A stretch of DNA of 64,000 bases. Source: Octopus sinensis (lineage: Eukaryota). The stretch is from positions 143,840,001 through 143,904,000 of the forward strand of contig NC_043000.1 of the NCBI RefSeq assembly GCF_006345805.1, read 5' to 3'. Positions 41,073 through 55,588 of the stretch are shown one piece after another (position 1 is the stretch's first letter; the number at the start of each line of letters is the position of its first letter). The notes under the pieces are model-generated. The model searched no databases. It saw nothing but the letters and a program-made list of their open reading frames with translations, and was not told the DNA's origin. A program made the position numbers and the translations under genes.

Positions 41073-42371
41073 CAAGGCTGTATCAAAACACAGCAAGTAG
41101 GTAAGACTCAATTACCAACGTTCAGCAAACGCTAGTCCACTGAATTTTACTACTATTGCTTCCGTTCCTCTGGAATTTATAATTACAAATAATCTACATA
41201 CACTCACTCGATATAGCTGTATCTCAAAATGTGACCGAAACAAATCACACCGTAAAAAATTACGTACCAGTCATTATGGAAAGTCTTCAAGGTAAATTCG
41301 TAGGGTTTACCTCAATACAATATTTTTATTTCTTGATATGATTAATTGCAAAAGTTCTAATCTGAATTCTGATTATCTAACCTGAAAAACGTTTGATGGT
41401 CATGTTAACATACCGGATTCTCGGCTAAGCAATGGAGAGCGGATTCCCCGTTTGTTTACATAAAAAACAAAATATTTTTTTGTGTGCCTGTTTAAATCAA
41501 CTGTGATGTTTTTCGTTGAAAGTAAGCAAAAGGAAAATAACAGAAACTGAACATTGAGTAGTTTTGTTTAATTTAGTTTCCATCTAGCTGTTTTTCTTGT
41601 AGTTAAACTAGTTACAATTGAGTAGTTTTGCTTAAAATGGTTTAAATTTAGCTTTCTTGTTTAACCTTGTATAAATTTAGCAGTTTTTTTTCTGTGAGTT
41701 TACAACTAACTTTAAAACAACTCCAGTCATATATCCAAACAATGAGAGGGTCTCTATATCGTCACCTGATAAGAAATCAATAGAAGTGCTTCTTATTCAA
41801 AATATAAGTTCCTTTACTTATACATAGAACAAAAAAACTGTCTAATCCGAGATGCCATTACCAAAATCAGGTGGTCTTAACTGGAACGTATTAGATCTCA
41901 CATTTACTCAAACAGCTTTAAGAAAATGGCTAAGGAATAACAATCATAATGCATCAAAATCCTCTCGCCATCATTTCGATAGCTCCTGATAGTAATAGAA
42001 CGAATAAAGAAACATAGACACATATAACACCAAAATATAAACAGGACGTCAACGTAATGTCTAACAATAATTTAAGAGAAAGTATGCCTCAAACTAAAAC
42101 TGAAGAGAATTATAGATGAAATCAAAAGATCGTCAAATTTAGTTTCTCAAAGAAATTATAGGTGCAGCCCTTTGGTTGTGTAATGTGAAAGTTTTGATGT
42201 CACTAGGTGTATTCGATTGGTTTTCGTTTGACATACATCTGATTTTACAAAGCCAGTGTTCGAGATAAAGCAGCTGCACCCACTGAACTGAAGAATCGGC
42301 ACACACATATACAATCATATTTACACACATTATATATAGTTATCCTACATCCACTTAGAATAACGAAGCGT

Positions 42372-42533
42372 TTAGTCGATCACATTGACCTTAGTATTTG
42401 ATCGGCACTTAATTTTATGCCATCTCAAAGGATGAAAGACACACAAAATTAGCCTCAACGGCATTTGGAAACGGAGTGTCAATAATGTTAGGTATTTTAG
42501 CAGACGAAGTAACGATTCTGCTAGTTCACCGAC
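42372..42533 (-). mobile_element. Degenerate SINE, family D
   Basis: tagtcgatcacattgaccttagtatttgatcggcacttaatttt...aaaggatgaaag...gcctcaacggcatttg...aacgattctgctagttcaccg. Confidence 0.55.
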
Positions 42534-43946
42534 TTATATGAATTTTTATTTTCTTTGCTGAACATATGATCGTTTATCCGATTTGTAGCCGTTACACTTC
42601 TCTATTTATATAGTTTAAAACAATAAATTATTGTCTCAGCAATAGTATGCAACGGAAAACCCCCATATCAGATTTACAATGCTTGGGACCGGGGCTCAGA
42701 TGTATAAAGTTAGTTAAGAAATGTACAGTTATAATGTTTAACAATTAAAAGTTCGTAGGTAAGAAATCATTAGGAATCAATATGGTAATATGATACTGAT
42801 TTTCCTGAGACCGTTGTGTCAGATATTCGGAAGTAGGGACTTTGACGATATGAATCCCTATTATCTGAAAATTATAAATTTTTCCTTAACCGGAATTTCC
42901 AGAAATGTATCCCGTTTCCATGGTGCTAGCCACAAATTAGTAAATTTTATATAGATATATAATAAACCAAACCTATATAGCAGTGGGCTATATAGCAGTG
43001 GGCCAAGTAAAATTACTTGTTTGACCAGTTTTATGTAAGTAAACAGTGTTTGATTTACAATATAAAATCACAAGTAAATTTTAAGTGCCCAGTAGAGAAA
43101 AAATGAATATGGAAGCTCAGTATTGTTGCTGACCATTCAAAAGGTTTCTATTATTAAAGCATTTTGTAATATCAAGTGTTCTACAATAGCACATAATAAA
43201 CATTTACCTAACCGTAAAAATAATGTGTTGGTTTATCACACTACAAAGCTAGATGCCATATTAAAAAAATATATCAACAAATATTTTAGTACATACTCCG
43301 CAGAAGATGATGTATAATACAGGACGTCTAAAACATAGAGTTAATATTATAAAATATCCCACAAAATATGTGGGCTTTTACGGTAAGGTACGATAAACCG
43401 TCTGTTATTAAGAATATCGAGATTTTCATTTCATTAGTGAATATATGAACATTATATATATTAGTTAAACTCTGTATATTTAATATGTGACATTTCGGTC
43501 ATTGACTGCGAAGCCAGAGAATGTTTTAATATGTGTGAACTATTTCAGCTTTGTTGCCTGCGGTGGTATGACTAAACAGTCGGCAATTTTATTGATATTG
43601 ATGTAACATTAAACACTATCCATCACTATACAAAGCTTTTCATTCGTCCTTAGAAAAGTAAAGGAATCATTAAAATATATACAGTTTTATGTATATGTAC
43701 ATCTCTACATATGTAAGTATATCTTATCCCATTTTTCTTTTACTTGTTTCACTCAGAGTACGGCCATACGGGGGCACTCACCTTTTTGTATACTGATGAA
43801 GCAACTACTATTCGTATCAGTATTACCAGTTATGGTGTGAAAATCCAATGTCTGAGAAACTACGATAAGCACTAGCTTATGTAATTTGTGCCTTCATACG
43901 TTTGAAAAAGGGGTCGCTTATGTCATCTCCCCGCACAAATTTATGA

Positions 43947-43996
<50 letters not shown>

Positions 43997-44020
43997 GTAT
44001 GTATGTATGTATGCATGTGT

Positions 44021-44307
44021 GGAGCCGCAATGGCCCAGTGGTTAGGGCAGCGGACTCGCGGTTGTAGGATTGCGGTTTCGATTCCCAGACCGGGCGTTGT
44101 GAGTGTTTTGGAGCGAAAACATCTAATGATCCACCAGGCTCCGGCAGGGAGTGGTGGCGATCCCTGCTGTACTCTTTCGCGACAACCTTCATTCTTTCTT
44201 TCATATGTTGGCGTCATATGAAGGCTAAAACAATGCGAAGCGCATTGTGACCAGCGATGTGTAGCAACATATGAGAGCCAGGTCAGTCACGGTGATCACG
44301 GGGATCA
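44021..44307 (+). mobile_element. tRNA-derived SINE, family B
   Basis: A box tggcccagtggtt, B box ggtttcgattcc, and a tail ending in (cacggtgat)-like repeats; similar to 46387-46676. Confidence 0.9.
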
Positions 44308-44998
44308 TGTATGTACGTATATCTTACGTCAACACCTTAAATTGTAAGCAATTTCAGTTAGATTAGTAACTTATACTTTCATATTCTGTAAACATAATCA
44401 ATACTTATTTGTTTATTTGCGTAAATGATGACGAACATAGTCTAGTTCATGCTAAAACAAATAACCACAAAATGTTATTCCCTTATTAGCAAAATAATTA
44501 TCATGTAAAGAAGAGTATTACTAAACAACCAAAGGAAAAGTAAACAAATGCAAACATATGCAGTGTCAATTAGCGAATTACTACGTGGGATATTTCAGAT
44601 CAGGCACGACTTTGCCAAAATGTTATGCGTTGAGTTAAAACAAAAACTCCATCACTGAAAGCTATATTTAAAAGCACCAGAACCTAATTGAATACTGTCA
44701 CAACATGCTACGAATATTTTATTTGAAATTAATTAAAGATGAATTCTTTTAAATGGTAATTGGATCTAATTTTAAATTTCGAAATATTTTTAAATGAAGT
44801 GAACAATTTTTTAAAATATATTTCTGCTTGAAATAGTCATTAACAAGGTTCTGTGCTAAATTCTAACAACACACATACAAACACATACACATACGCGCAC
44901 ACACATACACACACACACGTGCGCACACATATACCCTTATATAACTATCCATTTCGCCCTGAATATAGGTACACATATGTACACGCATACGCACACGC

Positions 44999-45050
<52 letters not shown>

Positions 45051-45419
45051 GTGTGCGTGCGTGTGTATGCACGCGCGTGTATGTGTATATATATATATAT
45101 ATATACAATACCCGCCATAATACAACGGTCAGTAAGAACAAGCGTATTGAAATGGTCATTATAGAATTACAGAATATAAACAAGGTGCTGAGATTAGATA
45201 TTTTACACGTTTAGATATATCTAATATCTATTTTTAGTGAAAATTTCAAGTGAATGGAATAAAGGTTTCGTAAGTTACGAGGAAATAAACAAACAATCTT
45301 CTAAATTGCACCGGTCAAAATTTAATTGTTAAAAAACAAATGAACTAGTAACCGAGTTGAAGGACTAAAAGTTATTTCTTATGATCTTACAGTAATGGAA
45401 CATTTAACTGTCGATATGG

Positions 45420-46185
45420 TGACTTGTGAGAGACGACCGGTGTCCTGTGAGGAAAAACAAAAGAGTGTGTGCCTTCACCAAATAGGCAAGACAAACTCTC
45501 TGGTAGCAACTACTGTAGGAAGATAGAGAAGTGGGGTTATGGATGGGATGATATCAATGAAGAGAGGAAGTAGGTAAGAGTGTATGAGTCAGATGAAGAG
45601 AGGAGGGGAGTCAGATGAAGAGCAGAGGTGAGTTTGAGCTCATGTGGCCCAAAAGAGCGAACAAAGATTAATTTATGTTCAAGGGGAATGCGGGAGACCG
45701 GATGGATCCTATGCAAAGAGAGTCTGAACACAGACAGATGTTGTTTTGGCGGGGTCGGGGTTGAAGGATGGTAGGTGAGGAGAAACGGGTGATGGGCAAA
45801 TGTGGGTCAGGGGCAGGGAGAAAAGAGGAAAGATATGGTCCACGAAACCAGTCGTGGCAAGAACTGTGTGGATAGTGGTGTGGGATATCTGCGAAGAATG
45901 AAGTGGTGAGATAAGTTGCGACTGAGCTTTAAAAGACATGGTTGTCACTGCAGAGCCTGTGCAGACGGAGGAAATTGGGGCATGGCAAGGAGAGTTTTGT
46001 GCGGCTATGGGGAGAAGAGGAGAAGTTAAGACGGGAGTTTGAGTCGGTGTGATTGTAGTGGATGGAGCTAGTGAGAGCGAAGTGTTGTATACTGACAAAA
46101 ATGTCGAGAAATTCGACAGAAGTGTTAGAAATAGTTCGAGAGAATTCTAGGGCAGGATAAAAGGATTGGACAAAAGAGAAGAAGT
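45420..46185 (-). mobile_element. 5'-truncated, internally deleted Penelope-like retroelement (RT C-terminal part plus GIY-YIG C-terminus)
   Basis: The frame gives LEFSRTISNTSVEFLDIFVSI...SSIHYNHTDSNSRLNFSSSPHSRTKLSLPCPNFLRLHRLCSD, matching the PLE FLD / YxKPTD / HP..K.S.P....LR..R.CS motifs. RIPLEHKLIFVRSFGPHELK then resembles the E..LI..L....P.GLN end of the endonuclease. Confidence 0.85.
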
Positions 46186-46307
46186 CTATATACCAATGTA
46201 TGTGTTTATGTACGTCAGTGTGTGTGCGCGTCTTTATGCGTACACATATGTATGCATAATTCTTTTGATAAGTATCAAAATACTTGTGGCTTGTACTTAT
46301 CAGGATA

Positions 46308-46344
<37 letters not shown>

Positions 46345-46386
46345 GTATATATATAAATATATATATATGTGTGTGTATGTGTGTGT

Positions 46387-46676
46387 GGAGGCGCAATGGC
46401 CCAATGGCTAGGGCAGCGGACTCGCGGCTTCGATTCTCAGACCGGGCGTTGTGAGTGTTTATTGAGCGAAAACAGCTAAAAGCTCCACGATCTCCGGCAG
46501 GGGGTGGGGGAGGCTGTACTCTTTCACCACAACTTTCTCTCACTCTTTCTTCTGCTGGCCTGCTCGCTTAGCCAGCCGGGTGGCGTCATTTGAAGACTAA
46601 AACAATGCGAAGCGCATTGTGACCAGTAATGTGTAGCAACATCTGATAGCCTAGTCGGTTACGGTGATCACAGTGA
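46387..46676 (+). mobile_element. tRNA-derived SINE, family B
   Basis: Head ggaggcgcaatggcccaatggctagggcagcggactcgcgg and tail shared with 44021-44307. Confidence 0.9.
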
Positions 46677-46899
46677 TATATATATATATATATATATACG
46701 ATTTGTAAAATATTTTCCATATTTATTGAGCGAAATAATATCGATACGCTTCATGGACAATTTTGAAATCCCGGTTAGGAGTGTAGTGCACTTAAACTCA
46801 GACGAATAAAGTACCACAACATTTCAATTTCAAAATTAAAGTATTTAGCCTAGAATTCTATGGTTTCTGTCATGTCAATACCTTGCTTTAAAATTATTG

Positions 46900-47105
46900 G
46901 TTTTTCATATTGGCACCGAGCCTCAAATTATGGGGAAGATACAATCGATGAAATTGACTGCATGAAAGCGCTGATTTTTATATTTTAGATATCGGATGAG
47001 TGAAAGGCGAAGTCAACACTGACTATATTTGAACAAAAAATAAATGAACGTATTTAAATACCACAATTTTATCCGCTGCTAGATCGTTCCGAACCAATTC
47101 TCTCC
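46900..47105 (-). mobile_element. Highly degenerate SINE, family D
   Basis: ttggcaccgagcctcaaattatggggaag...aatcgatg...gtgaaaggcgaagtcaacactgactatatttgaac. Confidence 0.5.
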
Positions 47106-47245
47106 ACTCTGTCCTTAATAATTACTGAAACTATCAAACATAATACTCATGTGTTTTAGTGAAACTAGTTTTACCAACGTGACAAAAATATATCTCTCCT
47201 TTAAGTCGTGAATTCACTTGTTTTCTTTAATTAATTGATCTAATT

Positions 47246-47670
47246 GGCGCAGGAGTGGCTGTGTGGTAAGTAGCTTGTTTACCAACCACATGGTTCCGGG
47301 TTCAGTCCTACTGCGTGGCACCTTGGGCAAGTGTCTTCTACTATAGCCTCGGGCCGACCAAAGCCTTGTGAGTGGATTTGGTAGACGGAAACTGAAAGAA
47401 GCCCGTCGTATATATGTATATATGTATATATATATATGTGCGTGTATGTTTGTGTGTCTGTGTTTGTCCCCCTGGCATTGCTTGACAACCGATGCTAGTG
47501 TGTTTACGTCGCCGTCACTTAGCGGTTCGGCAAAAGAAACCGATAGAATAAGTACTGGGCCTACAAAGAATAAGTCCCGGGGTCGAGTTGCTCGATTAAA
47601 GGCGGTGCTCCAGCATGGCCGCAGTCAAATGACTGAAACAAGTAAAAGAGTAAAAGAGTAAAAGAGTAAA
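47246..47670 (+). mobile_element. SINE family A, full length
   Basis: Near-identical to 24022-24483 outside the internal microsatellite. Confidence 0.93.
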
Positions 47671-49315
47671 TGTTATTCGTTTAGCTAAACAAATATTACA
47701 AAACGTATGTCTTCGTACACTTTTTTTTTATTAATATGTGCCACACATAACTTAGCTGTCAGAGTCATACGGGAAAAAGAGCGTTGAATGTATCACACAA
47801 CTTTGATTTATGAATCTCTCTCTTAAATATGTGACTACACACTTTACCAACTATCATATTGTAATTTTTTAACATTATCAAATACATAATGATCAAACCT
47901 AGCAACATACTAGACTGTGTCAGGGTTAGTTTTTTTTTCTATACAGTAGATACTAAATACCATTATAACTGGGTCGTTTGAGGCAATGTATACTGTTTAC
48001 TTATATATTGAAAGAATCTCGACAAGCTATTACTGACATTGTATATCTAAGTCATATACTCATTATTCCTGAAACATGTTTCTCAATAGATTCCTGATTA
48101 ATATCGAGAACACAAGATAAGAATTAAAGAATAAAATCAAACAATCATGTTTATTAAACTGGTAACTTTCACAATTAGCGAAGTGATGTAAGTAATTTCT
48201 TAACCTATTTTATAAATGGAAAATGGTTGCCTGCTGCCAATAGGGAAAAAAGTTCGCACCGATGACGTCTTTATCAGTACTTTTTAATTTTTTTTCGCAG
48301 TGATGATATTCACAATCTAGTGCACATCGGAGCATTCAGATACATCAAAAGAAACACACTAGGAAGAAAATAACCAAACAAACAAACACAAAAGGTGACT
48401 GTCGCACGCACATGCACCTGAAGAAGCGCCTATACTTTTTGTTAAATGACAAAGTAAGATGTAAAAACCTGTTATTCTGCATTTTCTCAAGTTTCATTAA
48501 TACAATCGTTAATAGCAATTGAAGAAAAACATATTGCAATCATTTAGGAAAAGAAATGAAGAATCATCCGAGAAGCAAGTCACTAAAGAAACGGTTCAAT
48601 AAGTAGTGATTCCCTGTTAATGGAAACTCTTCTTTTTTTTCTTGCTATTAAGACATGTTTTCCTACTTTAGTAATTTTGTTGTGCAAAAGACGTGCAAGG
48701 TATTTTTGTTCCTTAGACTACTTTTGCTTGGTCCAAATTAATGTGACCCATTGCTGAAAGGTAAAATTTCAGTCTTATATTCCTGACACAATATTAAATC
48801 TTAGCCCTTTCGGAAATCACAGAGAAGCACACATCACGTGCCATTTACATACAACACGATATATTCAAGTATACTTTTCAATATTTCACTGTTTTTGCTG
48901 ATGTTTGGTCTTCCTACAAGATATATCCAGCTGGTTGTATGAAATTAAAACCTATTATTTATACATATAGATTCATGCGTACGTTCACTGACACATATTG
49001 CACATATAATACCGATACACATAAATATTTATGAAATTCAACCAATATATTTAACTAACATAGGTCAATGCCAAGAATTTTGACACTTCAAATAGAGTGT
49101 ACTAAACGTTGTACACAGCGAAATTTTCAGTATACTAAAAAATAAATATTAACAAATCCTGTATATATTTATTACTTGCCAAACCCACAACTATATCTGC
49201 TTGACCAGGTCGGCCACACCTATTATTCTCAACCAATCAGTACTGGGGTACATATTCTTTTACCAGTATAAGTGTCAAAGTTTTCGTCAGTGCTAATATG
49301 CATAATCTCAGAGAA

Positions 49316-49641
49316 GTGAGGGCGCGTGGCTTAGTGGTTAGGGCATTCGGCTCATGATCGTAAGGTTGTGAGTTCAATTCCCGGCGACGCGTTGTGTCCT
49401 TGAGCAAGACACTTTATTTCACGTTGCTCCAGTCCACTCAGCTGGCAAAAATGAGTTGTACTTGTATTTCAAAGGGTCAGCCTTGTCACTCTCTGTGTCA
49501 CGCTGATTATCCCCGAGAACTACGTTAAGGGTACACGTGTCTGTGGAATGCTCAGCCATTTGCACGTTAATTTCACGAGCAAGCTGTTCCATTGATCGTA
49601 TCAGCTGGGACCCTCGTCGTCGTAACCGGCGGAGTCTCTGA
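49316..49641 (+). mobile_element. tRNA-derived SINE, family C (tail 1), with 12-bp target-site duplication
   Basis: A box tggcttagtggtt, B box gagttcaattcc, core gcgttgtgtccttgagcaagacactt...ccagtccactcagctggcaaaaatgagt. The TSD aatctcagagaa lies at 49304-49315 and 49642-49653. Confidence 0.92.
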
Positions 49642-51815
49642 AATCTCAGAGAAAATAACTTATTTGTCCATAGTAGTATGTTGTGATTTATTAAATGATG
49701 CCTGCAAAATATTCTGAGCAAAGGTAAATTTGCTGATTGAAAGGAGGACAAAAGCGTTTAGAAATATTTAGTAATTCTAAAAATATTGTGAAATAATTAT
49801 TTCAATGAGTATTTCAATACGAAGAATTCCGGACAAAATATAAGTGTTATGCTTTAGGTTGAAATTTAAACACACTCGTGAAAAGTAATCTCTGGTTGCA
49901 TTAATCTAAGCATTAATCTAAGCAGACACTGTTCAACTTAAATTTTTAGCAAAGATAAAATTCCCCCCCCCCACACACATACACACGTAATACAAATTAA
50001 TTCATTTCATTTTCTTGAAATCATTCAGTATATTTAACCGTTGTCGTTGGGGAATGTTTTTCCACTCTTATGTATGAAGGAATACTTCGTTCGTCTTCGT
50101 GTTCATTGTACCCTAATTAAATTATTTTTTTCATTTTTTGTCGTGGTACCACTTATTCCTAACCGAAAGAGCAACACTATTCTTTTGGGTATAAGAAAAA
50201 ATACAAAGCTGCATTCATTGACCCAACGGTCTTGAAAAAGATTAAGCCTTACTTATGTGGTCTTAAATCACTGAAATATATCTATACGTTGCCTGCTAGC
50301 ATACATAAAAAATGCAGGCAACACTTTCGTTATCACAAGGAAGAGGGGAAAATTAATCACAGAATATTAGAGCCAATTATGTTTTTTTATTTATTGATGG
50401 GGACGAGACTATAAACTAGTAAACTTAAGGACAATGTCTATAATTATCAATGTTAAAATTTTGGAGAAATTATATGTTAATCTCCCGAAAGCTTCTCACA
50501 TTTTCTTCCAAAGTCACGAAGAGCATTCCTTTGGCTTTTGATTTTGCCTTCAAGATTTAAATTGCATTTCACTGGGAAGAAGTGTCTCTGAAATTCACTC
50601 ATTACATTAGAGCCTATCACTCCACTACATATGTACGAATAACTAATGTAATGTTGAATGAAAAGAACAGAATAGAAATTAAGGGAATGTAGAATAAAAA
50701 GCACAGATTAAAGCATGCATAAAAAGCGATTCATATGTGTGTGTGTTGTGTATGTGTGTGGGTGTGTGTGTATGTAGCAAGAACAACTGTGAAGATAACA
50801 TGTCAATAGAATACTAACAAAGTACAGGAACTATAAATCAAATAAAAAATTACATGAGGATGAAGTGAGTGCTGAAAATATTGCAAGAGAGTACATTAAG
50901 GCACTAACAAATAGAGAATGGATACTTAAAGCAAATAAGTATATTAAGACAAGCAGCATGAAGGAAGGATTACAATTATAAAAGTAAAAATAACAAACTA
51001 AGAAAACAAGCGGTAATCCCACTAACCGATGTAAAAATAATGCATAAAAAGACAGACATTAGCATATCAACAAGATGACGAGCAAAAAAAAATCAATAAC
51101 GTTTTGGGAAAAAAATGCAAAATAAGCACAGAGAAATAAAATAGCACAAAAATTGTGCTGTAACATATGCTACAAGGAAAATAACTGTAATATATAACAC
51201 TGTGCTTCTGGCCGGTTGCTTACAAAGATGACGTTGACGTTGGTGTTGGTGTTGCATGGAATCAAATTACAATCCACTTTCAAGCAAACAAGTTGAGTGA
51301 ATAGATAAATTAAAACTGAAATCAATAGTCATCGATAGCTTTAGAAATTTTTTTTTTTTCTTACGGCATTGTTTAAGATTTTGTTAGTTTTTTCTTTTTT
51401 CGACTGGCAATGAAAATAAAATATTAGCTCTTGTATACACATACAAATATAAATATATGTGTGTGTGTGTGTGTCTGCGTGTGCGTGTGCGAACACGCTC
51501 GCGTGCGCATGTCTGTAGTTGCGAGCATGTACAAACACATTCTCGACACTCACATCCTTTCCACAGACGATCATAGGCTATGGGACAAATGCAGTGAAAA
51601 AGGCAACGCAAGCATGAGTTTCATGTTTATTTTTCATCTAAGCAGATTGAAGCAGCGTAAAATGAAGCGATTTGTTCCTAAACACTAGACACCATCGAGT
51701 TTAAATATAGAAAACTATAACGCTATGAGTGGAAACCCAAGCACTAACAGATAGGGTACTCATGCGAGCGCACACGCACATATGCGCACATAGTAGTAAA
51801 CACACGCACACACAA

Positions 51816-51881
<66 letters not shown>

Positions 51882-52054
51882 AAAATAGGATAAAATCTTC
51901 ATAAGAAATTATCAAGTAGTTAGCGTGAAAATCCTCATAAGAGAAAAAATCTGTAAATTTTTTCCACTTGAATATATAAGAATATATATATATATATATG
52001 TGTATGTGTGTGTGTGTGCATGCATGTGTGTGTATATACATATATGTAGATATA

Positions 52055-52115
<61 letters not shown>

Positions 52116-52120
52116 ACTCT

Positions 52121-52325
52121 TACACATTTTAGTCTTTTGACTGCGGCTATGCTGGAGCACAGCCATTGTCGAAGGTATGTGTGTGTGTGTATGCATACAT
52201 ACACGAGAGTTACGGAATCGAAGAAAACTGAGAGATTAAAGTATCGAGCTGCTGGCATAACTTGTTTCTTGGCGTTTGCGTCAAACTGAATAACGTATAC
52301 AAAATCACAAGCCTTGTGGTTATTT
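52121..52325 (-). mobile_element. Decayed family A-related SINE 3' part
   Basis: tttagtcttttgactgcggctatgctggagcacagcc matches the reverse complement of the family A tail. Confidence 0.55.
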
Positions 52326-53402
52326 GTGGAAATTAAGAAATTTGTATTATCATACTTAGGGGGATTATCTGACTTTGGTTGTAGGTAAATGATCACTGCC
52401 AATACGTTTCAGTATTAGTAGTGCTTATCACTAATGATTAGTCTTCTCATACCTGCTCGGTCAGTGAACAGGTCGCGGATTTTAGCGACGAAAATATTTT
52501 GACAAATTAAACTTATATGTTGAAGTGAATCGAACGGCTTTTTTGTGTTTCTTAAATGGATTACAAACACCTTCCACGCTGCAATTGTTTTCGTTTCAGC
52601 ACACGATCTCAGATCAAATTACTTGCTATGCGAGTACATCTCCGAGATTTAGAGACGTTTTATAGAATTACGGACACAAAGAATTATACATAAGCCGAAC
52701 TATGTCAAGTAACTGGTGAAATGAAATGCCAAAAGAATGTTATTCCAAACTCTCAAATTACAGTAGAATAATTATTTTCAGGGAAATAAGAATTAATTGT
52801 CACAGATATTTATGAATTTTCATAATTAGTGATATATTCTGGTTTGTGAGAATACGCATACCATTTCAATGAAAATAGTTTCTCAGAACTTATAATCTTC
52901 CCTTTTATTTCAGAATCACTGATAATTAAAAGCCCGTTTATATTTTCTTCTCAAATCTCTAATCAGGGATAAATTTATTTCACTTAGAAGTTTTAGTAGA
53001 ATTCGTTCAGTGTTTTGATTTGCCTAAGTATATATGTATATCTATGTGTCAGAGCGCGTGTGAGTGAGTGTTTTGTGTGTGTGTGGATGTGTGTGTGGGT
53101 GTGTGTATTTATATTTCTGTTTGTATTTGTATGTGTGTGTGTATCTATTTTCAGGTTTCATAAATTTAAGGGTACTTCTTCCACTGTATATTTAATATAT
53201 CTTGTGTTACTATTGACTGGTTGATTTAAATTGTATGATATGCATTGGAATTTTTTAATAATGGAATTTTTTAGAGATTGCCGTCGACCCTTTTTCGAGT
53301 AGCGTGCGTACTAAGAAAAAAATTATATGGTAAATGGACAATATGTCCAATTTTCGGCATATTTGGCATTAGAATTTTTTTCATTTGCCCTTATTTATAA
53401 GT

Positions 53403-53434
<32 letters not shown>

Positions 53435-54764
53435 CATATATATATATATATATATATAATCCGTCCATCTCATATACATATGTATGAGGTGGGTGAGGTA
53501 ATCGTTATTTAATGCCTTAGGGTACCATACCTCCTCTTTTTCTGGTCGTAGGTTTACGACAAGGCAAACACCGTAGAAACAGTATAGATATTAGCTGCAG
53601 CTAATCGTTCTATACTGTATATTTGATAAGCAATCTTAAAACGGCTCTTGACATTAACCACTTTGCGTATTATGCGTAAGTAATCAATAATATTACTGCT
53701 ACTAACAGTGCTGGTCTTGTAACATTTAGTTTTGTAATATTTATGTTTTATTCTACATCTTGTTTGCAAACCCAACGGTTATTGTATGACATTTCCCCCG
53801 AGATCTATAAAAGATGTCGTAACACGCTACAGTCGATTTAATATCATTTACCTTATTTCTACGCTAATATATTTTTTGGCAAGTTTGAAGAATCTAATAC
53901 TAGTTCTCATAGGGTTATACTCATTTCAGAAAAAAAAAGAAACAAACTATTAATTCAATATTCGATAATTAATTGTTCTCACCTTGCTATCGATGCAACA
54001 ATTGTCTACATCATTGTCGGTAACACCAGAGGTCGATAACATAAAATAATGTAATATAGAGAGATCAATATGTTCGAAAATATAATCACACCAATACTAC
54101 CTAGGTCGATAAGGAATAGGAATAGTGGAAAAACTAAAATATAGATCTACATAATTTTGGAAGATGGTCCGATATTGAATTGGTTGTCATTCATTTGATT
54201 CCCTGATGTCAGCATGTTTTAGGTATCCGTAATATTTTGTGATCAATAATACGGCCCAGCGATATATTGTGATTAATGATATAATCGATTAGGTATCACG
54301 TGTCTTGATATATAGTATAACGAACAATACAAACAATGCGAACAATGCAAAACAGAAACTCCTTTTAATTTCTTTTTATAATTTTATTTGTTGGAGACAT
54401 TTAGCAAAAGGGATCGATCAAGGTGATAGATTACAGAGCCAGTGATTGATACAATGTATTTTGTAACTATTTCTTGTTTATCTATAGGAAAAAAGTTAAC
54501 ACTTAATTAACCGTTAATATATACAAGCCGTTTGCATAAATATTTCACTTTAAGAAAATACATCTCGGAAGAAACCCATTTATGTTACGTTTAATATATT
54601 ACTAAGAGTAAGAACCATCTCATTTCTCCTTATTCAAGAATTTGTATCCATTACTATATTCTAGTGCCATTCTAAAATTGCTCATAATTGCCGAAAGTTT
54701 GTTTCCTTAACTTCAGATCAGCTCCCACATACTTACAGAATCTAGTTTCAAAATCTCAATCATA

Positions 54765-54903
54765 GGCGCAGGAGCGGCTATGTGGTACGAACTTTGCTTC
54801 CCAACCACATGGTCCCGGGCGAATGTCTTCTACTATAGCCTCGGGCCGACAGAAGCCTTTCGAGTAGATTTGGTAGACAGAAACTGAAAGAAGAGGCCGT
54901 CGT
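54765..54903 (+). mobile_element. Family A SINE 5' half, internally deleted and truncated at its internal TA tract
   Basis: ggcgcaggagcggctatgtggta...tgtcttctactatagcctcgggccgac...aaactgaaagaagaggccgtcgt. Confidence 0.85.
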
Positions 54904-55042
54904 GTATATATATATTAAGAGTAATCTTCAGGATTATCTCACGAATATAGAAATGTTTACCTAATAATCGTGGAAGGTGCAGAACAAATGTTCTACTGCA
55001 TGAATAAAACCTATAAATTTCCATATGTACGTTATAATATAT

Positions 55043-55167
<125 letters not shown>

Positions 55168-55426
55168 GGCACACTCATCTCTCTTTCTTTCTATCTATCT
55201 ATCTGTCCACCTCTATATTTATATAGCTATCTATCTACGTACGTGCAAATATAGATCTATATGTGTACGTGCTTCCATCCAACATGGACACAGGCGTCAA
55301 CTTCTCATATGGCAGGCTTGATAAATGCCAAGATTTCTCTCAACATGGAGCGCCAATTGCAGTCATGTTAACCCCCGATATATACTATTTATCGAACTAT
55401 GCTCTGTTGATCACTCATCGTCACTG

Positions 55427-55504
<78 letters not shown>

Positions 55505-55533
55505 TTCTAAACGCACGGAAAAAGAGTCTTTAC

Positions 55534-55588
55534 CTTTGCCGAACTCAGATTCATTCATTTCAATATTGCTTTTGACTCTCAATTCTTG
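55534..55588 (-). other. Candidate 55-nt exon
   Basis: Minus strand: ttttttcttactaaaattgtcttag|CAAGAATTGAGAGTC...GAGTTCGGCAAAG|gtaaag. One frame is open (QELRVKSNIEMNESEFGK); no recognised homology. Confidence 0.25.

Noticed and set aside
40840-41111. Signal-peptide-like poly-Leu/Pro ORF
   Set aside because: Trinucleotide repeat mosaic that is open in several frames.
45425-45490. Expected hammerhead at the 3' end of the PLE remnant (TTGGTGAAGG on minus)
   Set aside because: Core is mutated and there is no GAAA half.
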